Assembly: GCA_037310415.1 (NCBI GenBank)
Contig: CP147780.1
Span: forward strand, 2,368,001-2,432,000
Direction of reading: 5' to 3'
From: Candidatus Atabeyarchaeum deiterrae
GTDB taxonomy: Archaea; Asgardarchaeota; Atabeyarchaeia; Atabeyarchaeales; Atabeyarchaeaceae
Length of the DNA: 64,000 nt
Shown here: piece after piece, positions 29,444-39,926 of the stretch
Layout of the letters: the number at the start of each line of letters is the position of its first letter
Position numbering within the stretch: position 1 is the stretch's first letter
Translations under genes and position numbers: made by a program
Notes under the pieces: model-generated
Databases searched by the model: none
What the model was told of the DNA's origin: nothing
What the model saw: only the letters and a program-made list of their open reading frames with translations

Positions 29444-30513
29444 AGTGTCTTTTGCATGAAGATTTCTCTAACGTATCTGCTTGACAGCCAGCCGGGTACC
29501 TCTCCTCGGTATTTGTAACCTCCTTTCTCGTAGAGTTTCTTTCCCACTTCGTTGTTCTCGAAATAGCTCAATACGAGGCTTTGTAGATGAAGCCTCTCTG
29601 CGAGTGTATCTATTTCCTTTAAGAGTGCTGTTCCTGCCCCCAAGCCTTGGTATTGAGCATTAATGTGGATGCCTACATGGCCCGTGTGGCTCGAAACATG
29701 ACCAGGCATGATTCCCACATCTGACATTCCAATGACCTTTCCTTTCTCCGAGTCCATGCATACTATAGCGTGATTCTGACCGCTTCTTTTTCCCTGTTCA
29801 ATGAATGCGGCAGATTCGTTCTTGGTCATGAAGCCTTGGTATACTCCCATGCCCAGTGTTCTGAAGGTGTTTTGATGTGAGATTGACTCGGCTAGGTCTG
29901 CGCCGTCTTCGGGAGTCGCCATTCGGAAACTCAGTTTTAATGGTTGCCTCATCTTCTCAACTGGAACTATTGGATACAGATCCCCCTGCGCTGCATACTT
30001 TAGTCGTGGCGAGATCTCGTATTCCTTCTCCAAATCATAGTACAAGTAGAGGGTGTCATAATACTGCCCTTCTAGGCAAGCAGTGTTTGCTGTTGATGCG
30101 CCTTGAACGTATCCCAGGTCGAATAGGGTCTCAATTTTCTCCTCCTCGTATCCGTAGATGTTGTAGGCTACTATTGTTAGTTTTCTCTCGGTCTTCGCCA
30201 AGGTCTTGATTAACGGGTGGACACTCTTGATTAGCTGCGAGTCGTCCAAGGCGAACTTCACACTGATCCTTGGTCCTGTCTTCCCAGGGCGACTCATGAT
30301 TCTCACCACTCCATGAATATCACTGCTACTCGCTGACTTGTATATCAGCTTGTACGTTGCACTCAGCGGAAACAGGTTCTTCAAGTCATCTAATGTTGGA
30401 GGCAGTACAAATCCTACCTGTCGCTGAGCATAGTCTGAGGCTTCAAAGTAGCGCATCAAACATCCGCTATAATCCTCTTCGCGCAAAGGTGATAGTCTTG
30501 TTGCTACGTCCAT
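29440..30513 (-). CDS. Tandem GNAT-domain acetyltransferase
   Basis: C-terminal YQGLGAGTALL and NEVGKKLYEKGGY; N-terminal degenerate GNAT domain. Confidence 0.8.
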   Translation of the reverse strand: MDVATRLSPLREEDYSGCLMRYFEASDYAQRQVGFVLPPTLDDLKNLFPLSATYKLIYKSASSSDIHGVVRIMSRPGKTGPRISVKFALDDSQLIKSVHPLIKTLAKTERKLTIVAYNIYGYEEEKIETLFDLGYVQGASTANTACLEGQYYDTLYLYYDLEKEYEISPRLKYAAQGDLYPIVPVEKMRQPLKLSFRMATPEDGADLAESISHQNTFRTLGMGVYQGFMTKNESAAFIEQGKRSGQNHAIVCMDSEKGKVIGMSDVGIMPGHVSSHTGHVGIHINAQYQGLGAGTALLKEIDTLAERLHLQSLVLSYFENNEVGKKLYEKGGYKYRGEVPGWLSSRYVREIFMQKTL

Positions 30514-30707
30514 CGTGTTCTCCCAGCTGAAAACGACGAAAGCTCAAAGTTATAATTCGTATTGGGAGAAAGGAGCTTAGCTCATAAAAAAGCTTTGGTC
30601 AATAACAACTAGCTATGATATCGCGGGGATTTCATTGGTGACTTCTATCAACTCATGAAGTTTGTGGAGGTGATTCAGCGTTGTGATTGAAGGCGTTTGT
30701 CGACTCT

Positions 30708-31385
30708 TCACTTTCTAAGGTGAACAGCCATTGCTCTCACTTGATCTATCGTGTATTCGCATCTGTCAGCCACATTTTCAACTGCTTCAAAAAACTGGCT
30801 TAGCAGGATGATTTGCCCAACCTTATACTTGTCCCCCCCAAGTTCTGATAGTATTCTTCTGGCTTCGAGGTACTTTTCGTCAACTTCTTCTTCGAGTCTC
30901 TCAACATCGTCTGCTACCTTCAGTGCCTCATCCATTTTCTTGTCCGCTAACAAACCTATGCATTCTACGGTGGCCTTCGTGTCATCGCGACCCATTCTGC
31001 ACATTTGAACGGCGTTATCTTGGATATTCTTTGGCATTGTGTGCAGGTCAATTAGGATTAACACTCCTTCGGCTTCGTGGGCATAGTCCGAAATCCAGTT
31101 GGTTTCTCTAGCCAAGGTCACCAAGTCGGATCTGTCCTGCGGAGCGAGGTAACCCTTGCTAAGCTCAAGGATTATTTCCTTTCTAATGGTGTCTGCGTCC
31201 TTGTCAAGTCGAGTTTGAGACTGATAGCTAATTTGAACTTCATTCTTTCTTCCTTTTACGGCAAGCTCCGTGCCCTTCAGGAGTTCCTCGGTTGATGCTG
31301 CGGCTAACTGCGCGTGTTTACGAATTAGACTGATTACTCTGAGTTCACGCCTTGCTTCAAACCACCTAGACAAGCTGGATGACAA
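30708..31385 (-). CDS. DUF47 (PhoU-like phosphate transport regulator) family protein
   Basis: DKDADTIRKEI...PQDRSDL, VERLEEEVDE and ENVADRCE motifs. Confidence 0.85.
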   Translation of the reverse strand: MSSSLSRWFEARRELRVISLIRKHAQLAAASTEELLKGTELAVKGRKNEVQISYQSQTRLDKDADTIRKEIILELSKGYLAPQDRSDLVTLARETNWISDYAHEAEGVLILIDLHTMPKNIQDNAVQMCRMGRDDTKATVECIGLLADKKMDEALKVADDVERLEEEVDEKYLEARRILSELGGDKYKVGQIILLSQFFEAVENVADRCEYTIDQVRAMAVHLRK

Positions 31386-31656
31386 GTCTCCAATTTCCTC
31401 CGATCATATCTATCATTTGTTATCTACTTATGCTGTGTGGTATTATCCTATAGCATGCGTTTATTTAAGCAGTATCTCAAGTTTTCTGTAGTTTTCTCAT
31501 CGATATTTAGGCAGCACCCACGTTTTTATAGAACGCACACTTATTGGAGAAACAGGAGAAGAAAAGGAATAGTAATTGCTTTGAATGATTAGCCAGAAAA
31601 AAGTTCAGACGAGAGGAACTGCTTAACCTACAGAGAGACATGGAGACAACCCTCAG

Positions 31657-32814
31657 ATGCCTAATAGAGAATACGAGTTACTATACGAAGGTAAGCTAAG
31701 AAGAGAGGAATTGCTGAGCAACACGCCAAGTGCCAGGCTGCAGGTGGTCAATGCACACGGGAAGATTGGTTTTCAAGATAGTAACTGGACCAACATACTT
31801 ATTCTTGGAGACAATCTGCCTGTCTTGAAGACGCTGATTGGCGACCCTTCCATTAAGGGCCAAGTCAGACTGGTTTACATTGACCCCCCTTTCTCCACAG
31901 GTCAGGAGTTTCATATTGGAAATTCGCGTTCTTCAACTGTGAGTTCGAGTAAGTCAGATCAGGTTGCGTATAGCGATAGACTGGTTGGAGCAGGATACCT
32001 GGAGTTCCTGAGACGAAGACTGGTTCTGTTGAGAGAGGTCTTGGCGGAAGATGGTTCCATTTACGTTCATGTTGATTGCAGAATTGGACATTATGTTAAA
32101 GTTCTGATGGATGAGGTATTTGGAGATGACCGCTTCATAAATGATGTTGCAAGAATAAAGTGTAATCCGAAGAATTTTCCAAGGAAGGCGTATGGGAACA
32201 TCAGGGATATGATCCTTTTCTACTCCAAGACCAGCAAATATGTTTGGAATAATCCAAGAGAGCCGTTCACTGAACTGGACATTGAGAAACTGTTTCCCAA
32301 GTTTGATAAGAATGAGCGGCGTTACACGACGAATCCGCTTCATGCTCCTGGTGAAACGGGTAGTGGTTCCACTGGGCAAGCTTGGAGAGGAATCCCTCCT
32401 CCTCAAGGCAGGCATTGGCGCTATCCCCCTGAAATGCTTAACGAGTTGGATCGAGAAGGACTAATAGAGTGGTCCAGCAAGGGGGTCCCCAGAAAGAAGA
32501 TATATGGTGATGAGTTCCTCAAGAAGGGAAAGAAGCAACAAGATGTCTGGCAGTTCAAGGATCCGCAATTTCCATCTTATCCGACAGAGAAGAATATTGA
32601 GATGCTTAAGATGATAATCCGAGCTTCCTCCAATCCAGGTGACCTGATTCTGGACACGTTCTGTGGGTCAGGGACCACCCTCGTAGCGGCTGAGCAACTC
32701 GAAAGGAGATGGATAGGGATAGACAGTTCGCCTTCGTCGATCAAAACGACAACTGAAAGAATTCTGAAGCTTGGGCAGAACAGGTTTTTCAAGTTCTTGA
32801 AGACCGCGCGTTAG
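31657..32814 (+). CDS. Site-specific DNA amino-methyltransferase (beta class, probably m6A)
   Basis: GDNL, YIDPPF (motif IV), YPTEKN and LDTFCGSGTT (motif I), in beta-class order. Confidence 0.92.
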   Translation: MPNREYELLYEGKLRREELLSNTPSARLQVVNAHGKIGFQDSNWTNILILGDNLPVLKTLIGDPSIKGQVRLVYIDPPFSTGQEFHIGNSRSSTVSSSKSDQVAYSDRLVGAGYLEFLRRRLVLLREVLAEDGSIYVHVDCRIGHYVKVLMDEVFGDDRFINDVARIKCNPKNFPRKAYGNIRDMILFYSKTSKYVWNNPREPFTELDIEKLFPKFDKNERRYTTNPLHAPGETGSGSTGQAWRGIPPPQGRHWRYPPEMLNELDREGLIEWSSKGVPRKKIYGDEFLKKGKKQQDVWQFKDPQFPSYPTEKNIEMLKMIIRASSNPGDLILDTFCGSGTTLVAAEQLERRWIGIDSSPSSIKTTTERILKLGQNRFFKFLKTAR

Positions 32815-32830
32815 TACAGACTTGACCCGT

Positions 32831-34021
32831 CTACTCCAGACTGACTTCTCTCGCTAGTCCAATCCTAGGATAGGGGTACACGAGGATAGCGTTCGGGTCG
32901 AATGTTGCAGCGAGTTCCTCACCAGTTCTTAATGGTTTTTCTGATTGATCAAATGGCATTCTGCAAGCCACTCTGTCTCCTTCCTCAAGAGTTAAGTCAC
33001 AACGAATGGTTCCACCAGAGAATATTGCATCATTCACCGTTGCATTTAAGGTGTTTGTTCCTCCGTGTGCTTTCCCACCTGATCCTCTGCTAATTGATAT
33101 GAACTCAGGTCTAATGACCGCAACAATAAGCTGATTCGTGTGGAACTTTTTCTCTTCTCCTGTTCGAAGCTTATCCGATTGCTCACCTTCTTCCCTTTCC
33201 TTTCGGTCCCACTCTTCCTGTTTCAGCGACACTTCGATCACCATACTACCCTTAATTCTGATCGTTAGGGAGCTTTCCTGCATCTTGATAATCTTTCCTT
33301 CGAGAAAGTTTGCTTCGCCCAGAAAGTTTGCGGTGAAAAGCCTCTTGGGTTTGAAGTATAACTGTGTCGGTGTCCCAATTTCAACCATCTGCCCCCTCTT
33401 CATTACTATGATTCTGTCGGCGATAGACATTACTTCCTCTTGGTCATGAGTAATGTGAACTGCTGTAAGCTTCAAGTCCTTTACGAGTCTTCTGAGTTCG
33501 TAACGAAGATTAACCCTGACTTTGGCGTCGAGCGCTGAGAGAGGCTCGTCAAGAAGCAGTAACTCAGTCCTCGATGCGAGAGCCCTTGCAACGGCCACCT
33601 TCTGCTGCATCCCGCCACTAAGCTCACGCGGATACTCTTTGGGATCTGCGTTGAACTTTATCAGTTCAATCATCTCGCTCACGAGTCTGCGGGACTCTTC
33701 TTCATCGACTTCTTTTACTCTCAAGCCATATCCGATATTGTCCCTAACATTCATGTGTGGGAAGAGCGCTATGTTCTGAAACACGTATCCAATTCCCCGG
33801 TCTTCCGGAGGAACTCCATCAACCATTTTTTCTCCTATGTATACGTGTCCTCTGTCTTGTGCAATGATACCGGCAATGCATTTAATCAGAGTTGTTTTGC
33901 CGCAACCGCTTGGCCCTAGTATTCCCACGTATTCCCTGTTTCTCACTGAGAAGGTTACCTTGTCTAGGGCAACGACCTTACTGTATCTTTTGTTCAAATT
34001 GACAACTCTGATGCTGGGCAT
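32831..34021 (-). CDS. ABC transporter ATP-binding protein (PotA/FbpC-like, TOBE)
   Basis: GPSGCGKT, LSGGMQQ, LLLDEP and HITHD motifs. Confidence 0.93.
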   Translation of the reverse strand: MPSIRVVNLNKRYSKVVALDKVTFSVRNREYVGILGPSGCGKTTLIKCIAGIIAQDRGHVYIGEKMVDGVPPEDRGIGYVFQNIALFPHMNVRDNIGYGLRVKEVDEEESRRLVSEMIELIKFNADPKEYPRELSGGMQQKVAVARALASRTELLLLDEPLSALDAKVRVNLRYELRRLVKDLKLTAVHITHDQEEVMSIADRIIVMKRGQMVEIGTPTQLYFKPKRLFTANFLGEANFLEGKIIKMQESSLTIRIKGSMVIEVSLKQEEWDRKEREEGEQSDKLRTGEEKKFHTNQLIVAVIRPEFISISRGSGGKAHGGTNTLNATVNDAIFSGGTIRCDLTLEEGDRVACRMPFDQSEKPLRTGEELAATFDPNAILVYPYPRIGLAREVSLE

Positions 34022-34026
34022 GGCTC

Positions 34027-35130
34027 TTAGATCACTTCAATCTCCTTGTACAAGCCGTGTCTTGGAGATGGGAATACCACACAGTCCTCAGCATCAAAAT
34101 GCACATAAACCTTGTCGCCTACGTTGAATTGCTCGGTTGACTTGGAAGGAATTCTTGACGAAACTGTTTCACCTAAGCGGTCTAGCTTTACGTCGTACTT
34201 CCTGAATTCTCCGAGAAATGTCGTGGTCTGAACCTCTCCTTCCAGGTTATTAACCTTGAAGGGCTCTCTTCTCAACTTGGTCTTTTCCAGTCTGGTGCAG
34301 AGAACGATAAGTCGGCTTTTGGGGTAGTCGTGGCAAGAAACATGCAATTCGTTTTCATGACCGAGATCGACTAGTGACCCTTGGGCGCTGACTCTCTTGA
34401 TAACCCCTTCAAGCAAGTTGGCGCCCCCAAGAAAGTTGGCAGCGAAAATAGTTTTCGGGTGATTATAGAAATCCAGAGGGGTATCAACTTGCTCGATTCT
34501 TCCCTCTCTTAAAAGAGCGATTCTATCCGCGATTGTAACAGCTTCATCCTGATCATGAGTGACATGGACTGCGGTCAGATGTAGGTCTTTGACCAAGCTC
34601 TTCAGAACGTACCTAATCTCCATCCTCAATCTTGCATCAAGAGCTCCGAGCGGCTCATCCATTAGAAGTACCTTTGCTCCTGATGCAAGTGATCTTGCTA
34701 GCGCGACTCTCTGTTGCATTCCACCGCTAAGCTCCGCGGGATATGATTTGGCTCTGCGGGCAAGCTTAACCATGTCCAAGGTGTCCATTGCGATCTTGAA
34801 GGCTTCTTGATGTTCCATACCCTTAGATTCTGGACCAAATAGAACGTTGCCCAGTACCGTTAGATGTGGAAACAATGCAAAGCTTTGATACACAAGGGCC
34901 GCATTCCTATCCTCAGGCGGAACGTTATTCATGGTTTTGTTGTCGAAAGAAATCGTTCCCTCACTTGGCTTCAGGACACCAGCCAAGAGCTTGAGCAGGG
35001 TCGTTTTCCCAGCACCCGTAGGTCCCAGCACACAGAGGTATTCTCCCTCGTTGACCACTAGGGAGAGATTGTCTATGGCGCTCACCTTTCCGAACTTCTT
35101 GCTCACGTTCTTCACTCTAATGGTGGGCAT
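34027..35130 (-). CDS. ABC transporter ATP-binding protein (PotA/FbpC-like, TOBE)
   Basis: GPTGAGKT, LSGGMQQ, LLMDEP and HVTHD motifs. Confidence 0.93.
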   Translation of the reverse strand: MPTIRVKNVSKKFGKVSAIDNLSLVVNEGEYLCVLGPTGAGKTTLLKLLAGVLKPSEGTISFDNKTMNNVPPEDRNAALVYQSFALFPHLTVLGNVLFGPESKGMEHQEAFKIAMDTLDMVKLARRAKSYPAELSGGMQQRVALARSLASGAKVLLMDEPLGALDARLRMEIRYVLKSLVKDLHLTAVHVTHDQDEAVTIADRIALLREGRIEQVDTPLDFYNHPKTIFAANFLGGANLLEGVIKRVSAQGSLVDLGHENELHVSCHDYPKSRLIVLCTRLEKTKLRREPFKVNNLEGEVQTTTFLGEFRKYDVKLDRLGETVSSRIPSKSTEQFNVGDKVYVHFDAEDCVVFPSPRHGLYKEIEVI

Positions 35131-35131
35131 G

Positions 35132-36841
35132 TTAGGTCTTCCTCCTTACTCTGACAAATCTCCCAAGTGCGACGAGGATCAGGATGGAAAACAGTATGAG
35201 TATTCCGCATCCAAGTCCTATGTCAGTGGGACTGGCGATAGGATTTGTCCCCAGAAAATGGCTGTTTAGCAAAGACTTAACCCAGTCTACGATTAGAACT
35301 GGTGCGGTTTTCAAGTTGGTTGCGAGTGCAACTGTCGCCCCAGTCTCCGCTAAGCTCCTCGTGAACACGATGATCGAGCCAGCCATTACGGAGTACTTCA
35401 TGAGAGGAAGAGTCACCCTTCTGAAAGAAGTGAACGGATGTCCCCCAAGGGTTCTTGCAGCATTCTCAAGCTCTGGATTAATGTTTTCTATTGCTGCAAT
35501 AGCAGAGCGGACAAAATACGGGTAGGTTATGCAGAGATGAGCCAAAACAACCAACCCAAAGTCTCCTCCAGGGCTGACACCAACAGCCTTCCAAAAGAAT
35601 GGCAAAGTGACTCCCAAGGCGACAGACGGAACAATTATAGGTATATTTACGAGTGAGTCCAGGATTGATGAGCCAAGTGACCCTACTTTTTTCCTACCTA
35701 TCAAGACTGCCACTGGCAGACCGCTCAGAATCACCAGAATGGTGACTACCGCAGCAATAGAGAATGAGTTGACGATGCTACTCCAATAATTGCTCCAGAT
35801 TCCCTGAGCTTGAATTGCCTGTGCCAGAGTTCCGCTTTCGACTGCTGAAAATGATGGAATAGCCACATATAGTGACGGCAGGACTATGATCAGAATGAAG
35901 ATGATAATCGACGCAGAGTCTCTCAGTTTTCTTGTGGGCTCTCTGCTGAGTTTCCTCTCAGGATTGGGCCAGACTTTCTTAATTGGGAATCTTATTCTTG
36001 GAGCCAACAGACGCACGGCAGTGAAGATCAATAACGAGAATATAATCAACATCGCACTCACATAAACAAGTGCGCCAACGCCAAGTTGACCAGGCAATGA
36101 TTTGTTAAGTTGTATGAACACCGGACCGTTCTCGAATGGAGGGACTGTTCCTGTTGGTATCGAAAAGGCGCCTGCAACTATGAGAGTTGCTCCTGTCTCA
36201 GACAAGGATCGGGAGAATGCCAAGAGAAATGAGGCAATCATGCCTGACTTTAGGATGGGGAGTGACACCGTTCTTGCGACTGTGAATGGAGGAGATCCTA
36301 GGGTTCTTGCAGCCACTTCATATGTAATGTCGTACTCCATTATTTCGCCGACCATGACTCTAACGACAACTGGATAGGAAAAGGCAAAGTGTAGCATTCC
36401 TACGAGCAACCAGCCAGGACTTATGATAGGCGTGCCAAAAAGGAAATCCAAGCCCCCTGGTCCATTCCAGAATACCAGAAGAGAGTATCCCAAAGCGGAT
36501 GTTGGTAGAATGAAGGGTATGTTTACCATGGTGTCCAGGATTCCGAGCAACCTTTGCCTATGACCACGAACAATGAGCCAAGCCATCGGTACACCAAGGA
36601 AGACATCTATTATTGACACGACGATTGCTAAGGTGAACGAGTTCAGGATAGCTGAATTTGCGCGATCCAAAAGACTGGGATTGTTTACAACCGCTCCTAT
36701 GGTTCCGCCTTGAGAGAGGATTCCCAGAATCGGGGGAAGTAGAATCAAGCCAAAGAAGAAAACGACTGCAACGCCATAGACTGCCAGTCGAACAAAGCGT
36801 TTTGAAGAAAGTTTATCGAGAGACCGGGTGATTGAAACCAA
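35132..36841 (-). CDS. ABC transporter fused permease (Fe3+/thiamine/polyamine type, two TMD halves)
   Basis: Two EAA loops (EVAARTLGS, ENAARTLGG) and two SLSETGAT/SLAETGAT motifs. Confidence 0.9.
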   Translation of the reverse strand: MVSITRSLDKLSSKRFVRLAVYGVAVVFFFGLILLPPILGILSQGGTIGAVVNNPSLLDRANSAILNSFTLAIVVSIIDVFLGVPMAWLIVRGHRQRLLGILDTMVNIPFILPTSALGYSLLVFWNGPGGLDFLFGTPIISPGWLLVGMLHFAFSYPVVVRVMVGEIMEYDITYEVAARTLGSPPFTVARTVSLPILKSGMIASFLLAFSRSLSETGATLIVAGAFSIPTGTVPPFENGPVFIQLNKSLPGQLGVGALVYVSAMLIIFSLLIFTAVRLLAPRIRFPIKKVWPNPERKLSREPTRKLRDSASIIIFILIIVLPSLYVAIPSFSAVESGTLAQAIQAQGIWSNYWSSIVNSFSIAAVVTILVILSGLPVAVLIGRKKVGSLGSSILDSLVNIPIIVPSVALGVTLPFFWKAVGVSPGGDFGLVVLAHLCITYPYFVRSAIAAIENINPELENAARTLGGHPFTSFRRVTLPLMKYSVMAGSIIVFTRSLAETGATVALATNLKTAPVLIVDWVKSLLNSHFLGTNPIASPTDIGLGCGILILFSILILVALGRFVRVRRKT

Positions 36842-37219
36842 ACTAGAATCTTCCCCAACTTGGTTATATCGTTCTGCTTTCTTCTCGTCGCGGATTGATC
36901 GGTTGTTCTGATCATTCAGGAGTCTGTGGCACTCAAATCCGATAGGGGTATGCTTACTTTCGAATGCTCCCTGTCTTCATTACTTCGATTTGATGACAGT
37001 CCATAGAGTCGGTATTCGAAGACCAACTTTCTGTTAAACTGCCAGGAGGATAAATCGTTTATGGTTACGAGCAGAGCGCCTCCATAAGGTAGTAAGGCAT
37101 TGTCCTACCTTCCATTCAACCCATTAAATGGCGAACATTACAACTGCGTCTATTTTCGCTGAAGATATCGGGAGAAAGAGAGCTGCACTTATCGAGATGC
37201 TACTCCCTATTGTTAAGTC

Positions 37220-37867
37220 TCAGCTGCTGGTTCTTGAGATGAAAGCGCTGTTCTTTATGCAGAATCTCCACAACTTTTCTTTCCCTTTGTTTACTCCAAT
37301 TCTTGGGGTTGAGCATATCTCTAATCGGGCGTCCTCCCTAGGTTGATTGCATATGAAGATCTCCGACGCATCATTGGTGAAATCTTCTCCATTCAGCTTT
37401 CGAGTGATTTTCATTGCTTTCGTCAGCTTACCTGGTCCGTTTGTGATTTGAACTGGAGGCATGCCTTGTTTCATTCTTTTCATTGATTGTGGATCATCTT
37501 CGAGCTCTCTGTTTCTTAACATGTGGCTTGTTCCCTCGATTGGCTCGATGGCTCTCAGCAAGACGGCGCCAGCCTCCTCAGAGCGTTCTCTTGCTGACAC
37601 ATTTAGGCAACAGTGGAATCCGTAAATAAGGTAGATGTAAGCCAATCCGACTTTTCCAAACATGATCTTGTTTCTGTCAGTAGGTCCTCGGTAGGCATGA
37701 CTTGCGGGATCGTCCCTGCCACGATATGCTTCAACCTCAACTATTCTACCCTCTAAGTAAACGCGTTCTCGAAGATGTCTGACAAGAGACTTTCCAAGGA
37801 GCCCTTTGGCAACTTCCACTGTCTCTCTGAGATAGAAGTCTCTAGGTAGGGCGACATAGTGGCGCAA
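37220..37867 (-). CDS. mpg: DNA-3-methyladenine glycosylase (AAG/Mpg family)
   Basis: IVEVEAY...DPASHA, YIYLIYGFHCCLNV, AVLLRAIEP, NGPGKL and TPRIGV motifs. Confidence 0.93.
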   Translation of the reverse strand: MRHYVALPRDFYLRETVEVAKGLLGKSLVRHLRERVYLEGRIVEVEAYRGRDDPASHAYRGPTDRNKIMFGKVGLAYIYLIYGFHCCLNVSARERSEEAGAVLLRAIEPIEGTSHMLRNRELEDDPQSMKRMKQGMPPVQITNGPGKLTKAMKITRKLNGEDFTNDASEIFICNQPREDARLEICSTPRIGVNKGKEKLWRFCIKNSAFISRTSS

Positions 37868-37868
37868 G

Positions 37869-38624
37869 CTATCCGTCTCCTGTTAGCTTGGAATCACAGA
37901 GAATTGGAACGATGTCTTTCAACTCTTGGATGATGTAAGCTGGCTTGCTCAGGTTTTGATGCATCTCTGCTCTCCCATGAGTGACCAGAATCGAGTGCAA
38001 ACCCATGCTGTTGGCTCCTGTCACATCGAATTCTTGGCTATCCCCAATGTGACATGCGTTGACTGGTCTGCAATTCATCCTTGCCAGAGCAACTTTGAAT
38101 ATCTTTGAATTCGGTTTGTATGACTCGGCCTCCGAACTTGTCGTGATAGTGTCGAAACATTGCAGTATCCCTGCAGATTCTAACTGAAGAGTCAGATCTT
38201 CTTTGTCAGCGTCGCTTATGATACCAACCTTGTAGCCTTCGCGTTTGAGTGCTTCAACTGTTTCACGGACATCTGGATACGAGATGGCGTTCTTGTTAAC
38301 GTAACTAGTGACCCTCTCTATGATTTCCCAGATATCTTTTGGTGATAGCTGCAAGTCAACCTTTTTTCCCACGGCTGTAAAGGCTTCGAAGAACAGTTCC
38401 CTAATATTTCGAAAAGGTTTGTCTTTCCTGACTTCTTCGTTTACTTTTTTCCACTCGGCGCTCCAAACTTGATATATATCGTCTAGCTTCACATTGTGGG
38501 TTTTGGATAAATCTGAGAATTCCCTCGTCATCGCCGTGACCCAAGGTCTGAGGGCTAGGATGGTCCCCATGGCGTCGAAGAAAACTGCGCTCAATTCTCT
38601 TCTGTTCATTGATCTTAGCCCCAT
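37869..38624 (-). CDS. HAD-superfamily hydrolase
   Basis: FFDAMGTI, ISDAD, KPN and HIGDSQEFDVTGA motifs. Confidence 0.9.
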   Translation of the reverse strand: MGLRSMNRRELSAVFFDAMGTILALRPWVTAMTREFSDLSKTHNVKLDDIYQVWSAEWKKVNEEVRKDKPFRNIRELFFEAFTAVGKKVDLQLSPKDIWEIIERVTSYVNKNAISYPDVRETVEALKREGYKVGIISDADKEDLTLQLESAGILQCFDTITTSSEAESYKPNSKIFKVALARMNCRPVNACHIGDSQEFDVTGANSMGLHSILVTHGRAEMHQNLSKPAYIIQELKDIVPILCDSKLTGDG

Positions 38625-38664
38625 CTAAACAACCGAATAACGCGCCAATCTTCATGTCATGTCG

Positions 38665-39765
38665 CTATATCAGGAACTTGCCATCTTTCAGAATCGTTTT
38701 TCCACCTATTTCTACTGTCGGCTTAGTCATTATGAAGTCCCAATGAATTGATGAGTCATTTTTCCCTCCATATGCTGGCCCCTTGTTGTTTCCTATAGCC
38801 ATATGGACGGTACCAAGCACTTTCTCATCTTGGGTTATATCATTGATGAAGGTTGCATTCGGGTTTGTTCCCATGGCGAATTCAGCAAACATGTCTTTGT
38901 CACCCGTTGCGGACTCCAGGATTTTCCTAAGGTTCTCTTCTCCTTCTTCAGCTTTGAAGCCAGTTACTCGCCCGTCTTTGAATGTCAGCGTGATATTGTG
39001 AACACCCCAACCAAAGTAGCTTGTCGGGACATCGAAGAACGCGACTCCATTTGCACTCTCTTCTATAGGCGAAATGAACACCTCTCCAGCTGGCAGATTC
39101 ATTCCCACGTCTTTACTTGCTATGTCTTCGTCATCCATGATGCCGTCATCATTAAGCCACTTCCGGCCAGTGGCATCGAAAGTGATGTCTGTGCCTCGGT
39201 TGGAGGTCACATGAACGGTCTTTGCATCTGAGGTGGCGCGTATTATCTCTTTCCCTCGTTCCGAGATCTTCGTGTAGTCCACATCAATAGCGTTCAAGAC
39301 TGCTTTCTCGAACTTGCCTAAAGACATTCTAGACTCTTTCGCTCTTCCTTCTGTCGGGTAGGAGACACCGATCCACCTTATTCCCCGAGAGTCCATTACG
39401 TCCGACATTGCCTTTCTGGACCGTCTCCATGCTCCTATTCGCTCTAGTGGGACTCCAGCCAGAGCTGGTTTGCCGAGGCCAATGTAGACATCCACAGCAT
39501 TGAAGGCCTCGACCACTTGCTTCTGAGGTGCCTCGAGAAACTTCACTTCAGTTTCCATTAATGATTGTTTCATGTAAGAGTCCGACTGAACCGCGATTAG
39601 AGGTTTGGCACCTTTCTTGTCACACTGAACGGCAACCGCTTCGGCTAGGTCAAGCGCGTCACGAAGTGATGCGATCCAAACCATCTCGCCCTCAGCAACT
39701 CTTACGCATTGATCAACTATCTGTTCAGCGAGTCTCTTGTTCAATTTCGCTTTCTTATCTGCCAA
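38665..39765 (-). CDS. Aminopeptidase, M29 (AmpS/AmpT) family
   Basis: NLPAGEVF, AEFAMGTN, DEKVLGTVHMAIG and SSIHWD motifs. Confidence 0.9.
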   Translation of the reverse strand: MADKKAKLNKRLAEQIVDQCVRVAEGEMVWIASLRDALDLAEAVAVQCDKKGAKPLIAVQSDSYMKQSLMETEVKFLEAPQKQVVEAFNAVDVYIGLGKPALAGVPLERIGAWRRSRKAMSDVMDSRGIRWIGVSYPTEGRAKESRMSLGKFEKAVLNAIDVDYTKISERGKEIIRATSDAKTVHVTSNRGTDITFDATGRKWLNDDGIMDDEDIASKDVGMNLPAGEVFISPIEESANGVAFFDVPTSYFGWGVHNITLTFKDGRVTGFKAEEGEENLRKILESATGDKDMFAEFAMGTNPNATFINDITQDEKVLGTVHMAIGNNKGPAYGGKNDSSIHWDFIMTKPTVEIGGKTILKDGKFLI

Positions 39766-39926
39766 GATTCATCAACCACCAATTCAAAGTGTCTTGAACA
39801 ATTTCAGTAGCATCTATAGATGTATTAAGATAGGATAACAGCAAGAGATATTTAAAACAGTACGATTCTCTAATTGACTCCGTTGTTCGACCCCCCTGAA
39901 CCAACTAAGTCCTTGGATGGAGAAAG

